From positions 64,001 to 128,000 of the forward strand of contig CAWBKP010000012.1 in assembly GCA_963789395.1 (NCBI GenBank): DNA of 64,000 bases, read 5' to 3'. The position numbers and the translations under genes were made by a program. This stretch comes from an uncultured delta proteobacterium. GTDB taxonomy: Bacteria; Desulfobacterota; Desulfobacteria; Desulfobacterales; Desulfatirhabdiaceae. The notes beneath the pieces were generated by a model that worked only from the letters and a program-made list of their open reading frames with translations, made no database searches and was not told where the DNA came from. Positions 42,251 to 52,268 of the stretch are shown piece after piece. Every line of letters begins with the position of its first letter. Positions within the stretch are counted from its first letter, which is position 1.

Positions 42251-43059
42251 ATCTGCCCGTGGCAGGGCGGCATGGAGTTGTACACCCAGTCGATATCGAC
42301 GGTGCCGACTTCCGTAAAACGGGATGTTGTAAACCCGTTGAATGTTCCCCGGATCAGGACATCCTCCATTTTCATGGTCATGGCAAAAACCGCGACAGTC
42401 GTTCCTTTGGGGATTTTTTTCAGTTCATTGCCGTAGGCTCCGGCGGAAAAAACCACCCGGCGGCTGTCTGCTGCCTGGCACTGGAGGACCGGTATGATGA
42501 CCGGGAACCCGTCATCCGGAATCCATGCGATGAATTTTAAAGCGTCCAGCCGGTTGAACATCGTTTCCGCAAAGGGCTTGAGGATTCTTTCCGGGTCGGC
42601 GGTTTTCAGACCTCCCTTGGCAAGCCGGGTCAGAAGCGATGCCAGGATGATCCGGCCCAGCGGCAACCCTTCCTGCCCGGATGTTTCCACAAGATCGAGA
42701 TAGTGAACCGTGTGGATGCCGAAATAGGCATTATACCGGAACATGGGCAGATTGTTGTAGGCCTCGAATTCCGGGCCTTCTTTTCTCAGATGGGTCCATG
42801 CGGCCTTTCCCCGCCACAGCTTCCGGTCCAGGGTCATGATTAAAAAACCGATATTGCGGCGGTTTTGAATGTACTGTTTGCTGTTTCCCTTGCAGAACTC
42901 GCCAAGGGTTACCGTTGCAGGGCCGGCCGCCTGAATGGAGGTGATCAGGGAGATGTGGGGGAGTCCTTCGGGGCTTATGGATGCCACCAGACCGATTTTT
43001 TCTTCAGGCTTAAAGGCGTTGATTTCAGTTTCCGTAAATGTTTTCCGGGTATCGGACAT
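42211..43059 (-). CDS. Tandem pyridoxamine 5'-phosphate oxidase-like (split-barrel) protein
   Basis: Two similar units: KIGLVASISPEGLPHIS...NIGFL and KFIAWIPDDGFPVII...TVAVF. Confidence 0.7.
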   Translation of the reverse strand: MSDTRKTFTETEINAFKPEEKIGLVASISPEGLPHISLITSIQAAGPATVTLGEFCKGNSKQYIQNRRNIGFLIMTLDRKLWRGKAAWTHLRKEGPEFEAYNNLPMFRYNAYFGIHTVHYLDLVETSGQEGLPLGRIILASLLTRLAKGGLKTADPERILKPFAETMFNRLDALKFIAWIPDDGFPVIIPVLQCQAADSRRVVFSAGAYGNELKKIPKGTTVAVFAMTMKMEDVLIRGTFNGFTTSRFTEVGTVDIDWVYNSMPPCHGQIYPEIPLTPVVEF

Positions 43060-43079
43060 GGCTGTCAGGGCGCTCCTTT

Positions 43080-44078
43080 TCAGTTTGCGGTGGCACGGCT
43101 TTCCCGGGACGGGTTTTCTTCAATGCGCGTGGAACCGCTCCAAACGACGATATCGGGGTTGACGCCCGATTTTCCGGCGATTCGGGCAAATTCTTCCATG
43201 GATTCTTTTGGAAGCAGCAATTCATCCCGGAGGGCCCAGTCTTTGCCCAGACGAAGGTATTTATCCTTGCAGAGATTGTTGAAGGCGCACAGCTCCCAGC
43301 GGCTGACGACATCCCCCAGGTTTTTCGCGATAAACCGCCCGATTCCGGCAATATTATCCGCGCGGGCGGTCATGCCCGGGATCACGGGGGTTCTGATCCA
43401 GAGTGCTGTCGGGTAAAGATGGCTTCTGATGGTTTCCGCCACAATCAGGAGATTTTCCAGAATCCTGTCATTGTGCTCCCCGGTGAATTTTTTATGGTTT
43501 TCGGTTTCAATTTCCTTTAAATCATAGAGCACCAGGGAAGAGTAGGGGAGAAGCGCTTTGATTGCCTCGGTTCCGCACAGGCCGCAGGTGTCCAGCACCG
43601 TATGGATGCCTTCTTCCCTCAGGGATTTGAAAAATATCGCAACAAATGCGGCCTGCATTCCGGGTTCGCCGCCGGAGGCGGTAATGCCGCCGCCTGATTT
43701 TTCAAAATAGGCCCTGTCCTTGACAACCTCGTGGGTCAGGTCGTCAAGGGTCCACTCTTTTCCCAGAAGTTCCATGGCTGCCGCAGGGCAGGCTTCGGCG
43801 CATGCCCCGCACCCCGTGCAGGCCGGGCGGTTGATTGTAACACCTGTTTCCGTAAATGAAAGCGCGCCGGACGGGCACGCATCCAGGCATGTTTTACACC
43901 CCAGGCATCTGGAGCCGATCCAGTGAACCTGAGGCAGCATGGAAATACTTTCCGGGTTGTGGCACCATCGGCAGTTGAGGCTGCAGCCTTTGAAAAAGAC
44001 GGTGGTGCGGATTCCCGGGCCGTCTTCCGTGGACATCCGCTGAATATCCAGGATTCTTGCCGTGGGTTTATAATCCAC
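43080..44078 (-). CDS. Glycyl-radical enzyme activating enzyme (radical SAM with ferredoxin insert)
   Basis: IQRMSTEDGPGIRTTVFFKGCSLNCRWCHNPES, two CxxCxxCxxxCP motifs and GGITASGGEP; probable GTG start overlapping the GRE stop. Confidence 0.92.
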   Translation of the reverse strand: MDYKPTARILDIQRMSTEDGPGIRTTVFFKGCSLNCRWCHNPESISMLPQVHWIGSRCLGCKTCLDACPSGALSFTETGVTINRPACTGCGACAEACPAAAMELLGKEWTLDDLTHEVVKDRAYFEKSGGGITASGGEPGMQAAFVAIFFKSLREEGIHTVLDTCGLCGTEAIKALLPYSSLVLYDLKEIETENHKKFTGEHNDRILENLLIVAETIRSHLYPTALWIRTPVIPGMTARADNIAGIGRFIAKNLGDVVSRWELCAFNNLCKDKYLRLGKDWALRDELLLPKESMEEFARIAGKSGVNPDIVVWSGSTRIEENPSRESRATAN

Positions 44079-46582
44079 TGTGGCTGATCCGCTGGATGAC
44101 TTCATTCTGCAGCTCCCGCCCGACGGTCGTGAAATAGGCGTTGTAGCCGGTGATCCGAACCAGCAGATGCCGGTAATCCTGCGGATGTTTCTGGGCATCG
44201 ATCAGGGTCTGCGGGTCCAGCATGTTGATCTGAAGCGCGGTGCCGCCGTTTTCGGCATATCCGCGGAGAAACGCCTTGAATTTATCGCGGTGTTCCGGGT
44301 CCCGGATCATCGACGGGTTGAACGTCATGGTGTGGCTGGCGCCGTTGGGCAGCAGGTTCACATAGTCGAGCCAGCAACCGGCGGTGTCCGATCTGCCGCC
44401 CAGGGCTTTACCCACGGAATTGGCGTTGGCTGTCGGCCCGTGGATGTCGGCGCCGTTTGACGGGCAGATCGCGTTGGACAGGAACTGCCCCTTCTTTCGG
44501 CCATCGGCGCTGGCGGCCATGACATACCCGTCGCCTGCCCAGTAGTTCCAGCTCAGCATGCCGGGCCGGAATCTGCGGCCGGTCGACCGGGTGGTGTGCT
44601 TCCAGGTTTCGCTGCACCACAGCTCCATGACCCTTGATGCCATCCGGTCCGCCGCATCGTCATCCCGGCCGTATTTGGGGGCTTTGTTCCGGGCCGTTGC
44701 CTGGAGAATTTCATGCCCCTGCCAGTTGTCTTTCAATGCCCGGATCAATTCGGCCATGGTGCATTTCTTTTTGTCGTAAACCAGGTATTTGATGGCCAGC
44801 AGCGAATCCACAGTGGTGGCGTAGGTGACGGCTTCCAGGGTGGTGTGGCTGATTTCAGCCCCGCCCCGGGTGACATCCAGACCTTTTTCCGCGCACCCTT
44901 TCACCAGGCAGGACAGATAGGGCGTGTTGAAATAGTCTTTCCGGATGGCTTCGGAGCACTCGTACAGCGAAACGCACTGCCGGATGATGAATGCGGTCTG
45001 GACCGCATAGGCATTCCAGAATTCCTCCCAGGTGGTAAACCGGCAGGCATCGCCCGTATCCGGGCCGTCCCGGGTGATTTTATCCGTCCTGCCGGTCATG
45101 GGATTTTTGAAAGGCAGCAGATCTTTTCCGCCGGTCATGGCCAGCTCCACGGCCTTTAACAGATTCAGGTTGCAATCGACGGTTCCGGACCGGTCATTGC
45201 CCGCCATGGTGTTTTCAAGGCATCCCACCGGCGCGTAGTCAAACACATTGTCTTTATGAATCAGGTGGCTGATGCCGGACATCTTTGCCTCCAGCATCAT
45301 GCCGGCCATGGACCGTTCGTCAAAATTGAGCAGAAAGGGCGCGCCCTGGCTGGCGGAGATCATCTCCGTTATTTTGTCCAGCAGCGTATCCGGCGAGTTG
45401 CGGTGCAGCCGGACATTGGGTTTGGGCTCCAGAATGGGGGACATCTCGTCGATCACTTCCAGAATGGCGTAGGTCAGGTCATTGGTCAGATCCTTTCCGC
45501 CCCTGCCCATGCCCGAGAGGGTAATGAGCTGGCCGAATCCGGCGGTAATGCCCTGATTGCCGTTTCGGATCATGGCATCATAGGCGGTGTTGCAGTGAAT
45601 CCAGAAGCACTTCAGGATTTCCTTCCCGAATTCCCGGTTCATGCCCGTTTTGAGGGATTCCTCCCAGTAGGGCAGCAGATACTGGTCGATGCGGCCGAAC
45701 GAGATTCCCGGGCCCGGATAATTCTCATCGCTCATGATCAACATATGCGTGATCCAGAGCGCCTGAACCGCCTGCCAGAAAGTTTTCGGGGGCTCCCACG
45801 GCACCCGGTCCAGGTTTCCGGCCATCTGCAGGAGTTCTTCCCGCCGGATCGGCGCCTTCTCCTGCCCGGCCAGGCTCCGGCAGAGCGCCGCATAACCGGC
45901 TGAAAAATCTCTGGGCATGGTGGCGGCCGTGATCATGGCGCGCAGCTGTGCGCCCTTTTCGCCGCTTTTTTCAGCCGGGCTCAACTGTTCGTACTTTTCG
46001 GTGAGGTCCGCGTGAATGCCTTTCCATCCGATCCGAAGGGCCCTCTCGTGGCCGGGAATCAAATGGCCGCTCGTAGCGCCGGCGTTGCCGTACCCGTGAT
46101 CGTGAAACCGTTTCATCCTGGCCCTGGCACCGTTTTTGCCGGCCGTCAGCCTGTCATATGTTTTCTGCTCTTTTTGCGTCAGGCACAAGGAGGTCTGGAC
46201 ATTGAACCTGGCGCCGGCGATCAGGTCTCCGGGAAGGATTTCCCTGGGAACGTACCTTACCATGGTTTCCCTGACAAACCAGGCCCGCCTCTCCGGCAGG
46301 CTCCAGGACCAGAAGTCCTTGTCCAGCGCAACCGTTCTGGCGGCTTGCCGGTACGAGCTCACCATGGTCTGCATCAGCATATAGGTTTCCGGGACAATAT
46401 AGAACGTCATTTCATTGAACTGGATGTCCCAGGGGGTTCCGGTGGTCCAGGCAGTGAACTCGTTGTTCCATGCCCGTTCGGTTCCCTTGAAATAGTAATC
46501 ACGGAGCCAGGAGATTCTGCCGGAGAGCTTTTCGGGGTTTTTGATCTCAGGGATTTCTTTTCTTAAAGCCGATGACGGTCAT
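44068..46582 (-). CDS. Glycyl radical enzyme of unassigned class (PFL superfamily); 1-nt frameshift right after the start
   Basis: Gly loop LLVRITGYNAYF, Cys loop VGCLE, SFGRID, PKYG.DD and ADGR; RBS AAGGAG before ATG at 46582; frame open to ~46578. Confidence 0.9.
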
Positions 46583-46759
46583 GGGCAGCTCCTTGTCCGG
46601 TGGTGATTTCTGTTAAATATGTATTCCATGGACGAACAAGCAGTATGTCGCGTGGATGCGGCGTGCGTGAAGGGATGTGTGTAACCCGCAAACCGTCCAA
46701 CGGCTTTCTTGGGACATCTTCAGATATTTCAGATTTTGCGAAATGTCTGGTGCGTCCTG

Positions 46760-48223
46760 TCAGGGCTTCCGTTTCCAGTTTCCGGAAATTTCACCGCCGT
46801 GGCTCCAACTGCCGGAAACGGTGATAGCACCGTCGACGATCCGGCCGAGCAGGATAGCCTCTACAGGCTTGCCTTTCGGTGTCCAGCCCTCAAGGTTCAA
46901 CTTGACAGAGCCGTCGTCGGCGATGGTTCCATGAGCCTTTGCCGGCTGTTGTGATTTGCTGATCCAGACACCTTCGGCGATTCCGTTACGTACTACCAGC
47001 TTGACCCGCCAGCAGGCCGGCTCATTTTCTCCAGGTCGTGTGAATAAGTTGCACAGTCGTCCGCCGTAGTTTCCGTCATGAGACGTCTCAATTTTCGACG
47101 CATCTTTTGTGATGCCGGCTGCCGATTGCTGACTTGCAGCAGCCCGCTTTTCTGCCTCGATTCGCTTGCGTTCCTGCTCGATCTGCTTTCGCTCCTCCTG
47201 AGCGCGTCGCAACGCTTCGTCAGCAGCCTGTTGTTTGGCGGCTTCCGCAGCCGCTTTTTCCGCCTTGAGCTGCTTGCGTTCCTGATCGAGCTGCTTCCGT
47301 TCCTCCTGTGCCCGGCGCAACGCTTCGTCGGCAGCCTGTTGTTTGGCGGCTTCCGCAGTCCGCTTTTCCGCCTCGATCAGCTTTCGATCCTGCTCGACCC
47401 GGTTGCGTTCCTCCTGCACGCGGCGTAGCTCCTCTTCGGCCGCCAGTTTCTGGGCCTGCAGCTGCATTTCGCGTTTTGCCTCATCTGCAGCCTGCCGTGC
47501 CTGCTCGGCAGCCTGTTTCTGCGCCGCCAATCTATCTTCGGCCTGGCGTTGTTCGTTGCGGTGCGCCTCGTACTGCCGGTAGCCCCAGAAGCTGGCGGCA
47601 GTGATTGCCAGAACCGCCGCAGTGACCGCCGCCACTATGCGCCATCCTGTCCGGCGCGCATGGGTGACTGCGACCGAGCCTTCTTTGAGGGTGTATGTGC
47701 GGACGGGCTTGGCGATATTCTTATATGTCTGTTCGCCCAGCAGCTTGAAGTCGAGTGACAGCTTGTTCAGGATCTGGTCGTGCACGCTGCCTGATATGCA
47801 GATCCCGCCGGGCGCGGTCGCAGTTTGGATTCGCGCCGCTATGTTTACGCCGTCACCGAGTAAATCGCCGCCCTGTATGATGACGTCTCCCAGGTTGATG
47901 CCCATGCGGAAAAGCATCTTCTCTTCAGGTGCGAGATGTTCGTTGCGCGTTCGCAGCGCAGCCTGGATTTCGGTGGCGCAGCGAACAGCCTCGACCGGGC
48001 TGTTGAATTCCGCCAGGAGTGCATCACCGGCCGTATTGAAGATCCTTCCGCGGTGCAGCTTGACCAGCGACTCGAAGATTTCCCGGTGGCCGCGAAACAC
48101 ATGCACCGTACGCTCTTCGTTTGCGGCCATCATCTTGCTGTAGCTGGCAACGTCGGCGCACAGAATCGTTGCGAGTCGCCGTTCGAGAGGCTGCGTACTT
48201 TGTGGTGTGGATTCATCGGGCAT
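46760..48223 (-). CDS. Class III adenylate/guanylate cyclase with TM helix, coiled-coil stalk and C-terminal domain
   Basis: ADVASYS, AGDALL, RMGINLGD and GDGVNIAAR; TM WRIVAAVTAAVLAITAASFW. Confidence 0.88.
   Translation of the reverse strand: MPDESTPQSTQPLERRLATILCADVASYSKMMAANEERTVHVFRGHREIFESLVKLHRGRIFNTAGDALLAEFNSPVEAVRCATEIQAALRTRNEHLAPEEKMLFRMGINLGDVIIQGGDLLGDGVNIAARIQTATAPGGICISGSVHDQILNKLSLDFKLLGEQTYKNIAKPVRTYTLKEGSVAVTHARRTGWRIVAAVTAAVLAITAASFWGYRQYEAHRNEQRQAEDRLAAQKQAAEQARQAADEAKREMQLQAQKLAAEEELRRVQEERNRVEQDRKLIEAEKRTAEAAKQQAADEALRRAQEERKQLDQERKQLKAEKAAAEAAKQQAADEALRRAQEERKQIEQERKRIEAEKRAAASQQSAAGITKDASKIETSHDGNYGGRLCNLFTRPGENEPACWRVKLVVRNGIAEGVWISKSQQPAKAHGTIADDGSVKLNLEGWTPKGKPVEAILLGRIVDGAITVSGSWSHGGEISGNWKRKP
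47145..47470 (-). repeat. 108-bp (36-aa) tandem repeat within the cyclase stalk, about 3 units
   Basis: AEAAKQQAADEALRRAQEERKQ copies at 47208 and 47316 (period 108). Confidence 0.85.
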
Positions 48224-48295
48224 GGTGTATTCCCGAATACGGCTCAATGAAAGGGTTCGATTTTGATTGAAACGTTCGTATCGTTATGTTTTTAA

Positions 48296-48324
48296 ACTAT
48301 AGGGGGGCTGAAATTGCTTGTCAA
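48296..48324 (-). promoter_or_regulatory. Near-consensus sigma70 promoter upstream of the cyclase
   Basis: Minus strand TTGACA-17bp-TATAGT. Confidence 0.7.
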
Positions 48325-48334
48325 GGGCTATCCG

Positions 48335-48532
48335 CGTTCACTCCTCCTGTCGTGTTTGACGTGTTCTGGAAACCCATAGGATTGCCTTCCCCGCAACATG
48401 TTCGGCCCTTTGGACGGTTTCTCACGGTTCCGCCCTTGCCTTTGGTTAGTATTTGTGTCAATGATAGTTCCCTGACAGGACTCACATACAGGGGACTTTC
48501 ACCCCATAAGTTCACGCCCGTGCCGGGCATAC
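48335..48532 (-). mobile_element. Group IIC intron 5' fragment (domain I start), no RT
   Basis: Minus strand GTATGCCCGGCACGGGCGTGAACTTATGGGGTGAAAGTCCCCTGTA...ACTAACCAAAGGCAAGGGCG resembles class C intron 5' ends. Confidence 0.75.
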
Positions 48533-48573
48533 ACATGAACATCCGGGAAGGCATATTGAAGAGTCAAAGAAGA

Positions 48574-50538
48574 TTGGACAATCGCTCTTTCAGAGGCCTG
48601 TTGCAGTCCGGGGACGGTGTCATTACAAAGGTTACGAAAGCAAACCGGCATACCATTTCCTTTCAAGTCGCCTTTGAACTGACCAATATTTTTATCGACC
48701 GGTTGAAGCACCAGGCGGAACATCTTGTTTTCAGTGAGCGGTCCCGGATCGCTCGTCTTGGCGTCAATATCCTGGGCGATGCCCCGAATCCGGATCGCTT
48801 GGAAGGAACAACGCTGCTCCTCGATCTTCAGGCATCCGCGGTCATTCAGGGGTATCCCGGCCTGGATGTCTTAAAAGACCTCTTTACTGCGGGACTCCCT
48901 GTAGGAAGGCTGGTTTATCTGAATCCCGATGCACTTCTCACCTCCGAGGAAGTACTATCGGCGATCAACCGGGCGGCGATCAAACTGCCGGCATCCACCA
49001 CCATCTCCAGCGACGGAAGCATCCTCATTTCCCCGCACAAAGTCGTCTGCAGCCTGAAACCTGGTCTCGACAAAGAAGCGCTTCGACGCATTCTCTACCG
49101 GGAAGACGGAAGGGAAATCCTGAACCGGCTCCAGAATCGCGAACCGGTTCATGCCGTCACCATCGAGCCTGGAAAAGGCGTGATCACCACCTGTTCCATG
49201 TATCTAAACGAGCACTATGTCGCCCTGCAAAGCGGTCTTGCCTTGGGAAAACACCTGTCGGCAACCATTCTGGACCCGATAAAAACAAGAGGAATCCGCA
49301 TCTTTCTTGAGATCGTCAACGGCAGTGAACACCCCATCGTCAATCCCCTGATTTCCGCAAAAATATACTGTGTCCCGAAAATGGAAAAAAGATCCGCATC
49401 CAAGATATCGGTCCATGGGACAGTGCTTTATTCATACAATCAGATGCGGGGTCTTGAAAAGCGTCTTGACATCCAACCGGCAGGCACCTGTCATTACCTC
49501 GACAGGCCGATGGCTGTTATGGCCAACAGGCCCGGTACCCTTGCCGGAGCAAATATCTTCATGAACGGTCCGCCCCAAGACTGCAAGGTTTCAGACGCTG
49601 TGTGCGTGACCGCACGGAGAAATTATTCCATTAAAAGCCCCTGCACCCACAACTACAGCACCGCGAGTATAAAAAATGCTTTGGCCGGGAGCCCCGGGAT
49701 CATTGCCTTGAAATACTTCCCGAACCTACTGGAACATCGGGATATCATCAATCTGGCTGCGGAAGGGCTTCTCTTTGCGCTCTATTTTTTTGAAGCCTCC
49801 CGGGAGCATGGCCCGTATCTCTCGGAACAGGACCACAGCCGCCTTAAGGAGTATCAGGCGTTTGGACTGGACACCTACTGGGTATCCAATGTAAACAAAC
49901 GGTTGATGGTGCACACCATGCGGGACGGCATGGGATACTTTGTGATGCCCGAGCGCCTGGCTGATTTTCATAAATCGATGCTTTTCGCTTTTTACGGCTC
50001 CAACAAGGCGCTTTCCGGAACCGGCTACGAACGTCTGGGCCGGCTCATGGATGCCCTTGTGGCTTTCTGGGGCAAGCGAATCGGCATCGTTACCGGCGGT
50101 GGCAGCGGCGTCATGGAGCAGGTGAATACCCTCGCCCGCCAGCGCGGCGTTCTTTCCGGCGCCAATTATCTGGACATCACCGACCAGTCCATGACCACAG
50201 ATGTTGATTTCTGCCAGGTCTTTCAGTCCACCTGCCGGCACAGCCGGCAAAAATGGTTTGAGATCGCCTCGTTTCCCATTTTTAATGTTGGCGGATTGGG
50301 GTCCCTTGAAGAACTTGGCATCACGCTTTGCAACATGAAACTCTCCATCATGGAGCCGGTACCGGTGATTCTGTTTGACACCGAAGGGAGCGGCTCCTTC
50401 TGGTCCGGAATGGAAACTCAGATTCGCGAAATGATCCGCAGGGGAAGGGCGCCGGAATGGGTGGGCGATAATATCGTCATTACCGATAATCCGGCCAAAG
50501 TCATCGACGCCTATCGAAGCAGGCTGCACCTTTTTTAA
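48574..50538 (+). CDS. Large LOG/SLOG-family protein with a putative dUTPase-like middle domain
   Basis: C-terminal FYGS, VTGGGSGVME and VGGLGSLEE; start uncertain (48535 or 48574). Confidence 0.75.
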   Translation: MDNRSFRGLLQSGDGVITKVTKANRHTISFQVAFELTNIFIDRLKHQAEHLVFSERSRIARLGVNILGDAPNPDRLEGTTLLLDLQASAVIQGYPGLDVLKDLFTAGLPVGRLVYLNPDALLTSEEVLSAINRAAIKLPASTTISSDGSILISPHKVVCSLKPGLDKEALRRILYREDGREILNRLQNREPVHAVTIEPGKGVITTCSMYLNEHYVALQSGLALGKHLSATILDPIKTRGIRIFLEIVNGSEHPIVNPLISAKIYCVPKMEKRSASKISVHGTVLYSYNQMRGLEKRLDIQPAGTCHYLDRPMAVMANRPGTLAGANIFMNGPPQDCKVSDAVCVTARRNYSIKSPCTHNYSTASIKNALAGSPGIIALKYFPNLLEHRDIINLAAEGLLFALYFFEASREHGPYLSEQDHSRLKEYQAFGLDTYWVSNVNKRLMVHTMRDGMGYFVMPERLADFHKSMLFAFYGSNKALSGTGYERLGRLMDALVAFWGKRIGIVTGGGSGVMEQVNTLARQRGVLSGANYLDITDQSMTTDVDFCQVFQSTCRHSRQKWFEIASFPIFNVGGLGSLEELGITLCNMKLSIMEPVPVILFDTEGSGSFWSGMETQIREMIRRGRAPEWVGDNIVITDNPAKVIDAYRSRLHLF

Positions 50539-50781
50539 GAGAGGTCAGCTCCTTAACTTGACAAAAGAAACATTCAACATCCAGAAATTGTCAAGGCAAA
50601 GAGTTTCCCCCTCTTATTGCTTTAATGCAGAAAAGACATGATAAAATGGCTATATTCTGTATTTATGACGTCGTTATAAGGGCCAAAAGTGACTTATAAA
50701 AGATTATCCAACAAAAACATGCTGCGAAAATGCCGCAGATGTTATCATTATCTGAGAAAGTCGTATAGGGAATAGTAAATT

Positions 50782-51400
50782 ATGGAAGTAAACTTGATGG
50801 ATTTGGAACCCAGACATGCCCATGATCTCCTTACCAGTGCCATCATACCCAGGCCTATTGCATGGGTATCCTCTGATAATAACCATGGCCAAGCCAATCT
50901 GGCTCCATTCAGTTTCTTCACTGGCCTATCGTGGTCACCTCCTATCCTTGCATTTTCAGTAGTCAACCGGTCAGACGGGACCATGAAAGACACGGCGAGA
51001 AACATCCGAGAGGTTCCGGAGTTCGTTGTAAACGTCTTCTCGGTACCTCTTCTCTCCACCATGGAATATAGCGCAAAGCCAATACCTTACGGAACCGATG
51101 AGACTTTAATAGCAGATATATTCATTGGCTACCTTCGAAAATGATAAAGCCGAATCGAATTCAGGAGGCTGGAATTGCAGTTGAATGTACTCTGGAACGC
51201 ATCGTTAACGTGAGCGAAGGCCCCAATGCCGGAAATTTGATTCTTGGGCGAATATAGCTCGTCCATGTGAGAGACGATCTGCTAAAGAACGGAAGAGAGG
51301 TTGATTGGCTGAGTCTGGACGTTCTTGGCCGGCTTAGCGGCAACCGATATTGCGCCGTGCGAACGGTTATCGAAAGCGAAACAAACGAGAAGAGAGATAA
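50782..51400 (+). pseudogene. Flavin reductase family protein with a frameshift (~51120) and an in-frame TAG (51255)
   Basis: IIPRPIAWVSS, NLAPFSFF, KDTARNI, ECTL and LGRLSGNRY. Confidence 0.75.
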
Positions 51401-51402
51401 CA

Positions 51403-52215
51403 ATGGAAGTTAAACAGGTAAAACTAATCTATTTTTCACCCACTGGAACCACACAAAAAGTATTGGAAAGTATTGCCAAAGGTATCACTTCTGAAGATGT
51501 CGGGCATATTAATCTGACACTTCCGGAAGGCGTTCAGCAAAGAATTCCACCCTTTTCAGATGAACTCGTAATTATCGGTGCACCTGTTTACGGTGGTCGT
51601 CTGCCGGTTGATGCAATCAATCGATTCAAACAGCTGAAAGCAGGCAAAACCTTAGCGATTCTCGTAGTTGTATATGGGAACCGGGAGTTTGAGGATGCAT
51701 TATTGGAATTGAAAAATCTTGCAATTGCGTTAGGCTTCAATCCGATTGCCGGCGGTGCATTCATCGGGGAGCACTCTTTTGCAACAAAGGATGTCCCCAT
51801 CGCAAATGGACGTCCGGATAGCCTGGACCTTCAAAAGGCAATGGATTTTGGAGCAAAACTTAAAGATAAAGTCGCAGTGTTACAATCACCTGATGCCCGA
51901 ATGGATTTGGAAATTCCCGGCAGGTTTCCATATGAAAGCGCCGGAGCGCGATCTATGGCTGTTTCACCCGTGACCAAAGAAGACACATGCACGGTTTGTG
52001 GTACGTGTGCCAGTGTATGTCCGACTGCAGCCATTTCAATTAATGGGAGCGTGGCAACCAAAATCGAGCAGTGCATTCGCTGTTGTGCCTGTATCAAAAA
52101 CTGTCCCACAGGTGCAAGGGTCATGGAAGACAGCAAGTGGAAAAACATTGCCAACTGGTTAAATGAAAATTGCGGTACTCGGAAAGAACCTCAAATTTTT
52201 GGGATTGATGTGTAG
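51403..52215 (+). CDS. Flavodoxin plus 2x[4Fe-4S] ferredoxin fusion (EFR1-like)
   Basis: YFSPTGTT, PVYGGR, YGNREFEDAL, CTVCGTCASVCP and CIRCCACIKNCP. Confidence 0.88.
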   Translation: MEVKQVKLIYFSPTGTTQKVLESIAKGITSEDVGHINLTLPEGVQQRIPPFSDELVIIGAPVYGGRLPVDAINRFKQLKAGKTLAILVVVYGNREFEDALLELKNLAIALGFNPIAGGAFIGEHSFATKDVPIANGRPDSLDLQKAMDFGAKLKDKVAVLQSPDARMDLEIPGRFPYESAGARSMAVSPVTKEDTCTVCGTCASVCPTAAISINGSVATKIEQCIRCCACIKNCPTGARVMEDSKWKNIANWLNENCGTRKEPQIFGIDV

Positions 52216-52268
52216 AGTCAAATCGTGTCAATTTTCCCCTGAAAATATTCAGATACAATAACGGCGAT

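Noticed and set aside
47145..47470. Periodic repeat as a CRISPR array
   Set aside because: It is an in-frame coding repeat without unique spacers; no CRISPR array or cas gene was seen anywhere in the window
48286..48534. N-terminal extension of the 750-aa ORF
   Set aside because: It is the antisense reading of the group II intron remnant and of the cyclase promoter, so it is unlikely to be coding
51255..51257. In-frame TAG (also at 8146) as possible pyrrolysine or amber recoding
   Set aside because: Both lie in genes with other lesions, TAG terminates normal genes here (16070, 21149, 52215), and no pyl genes are visible
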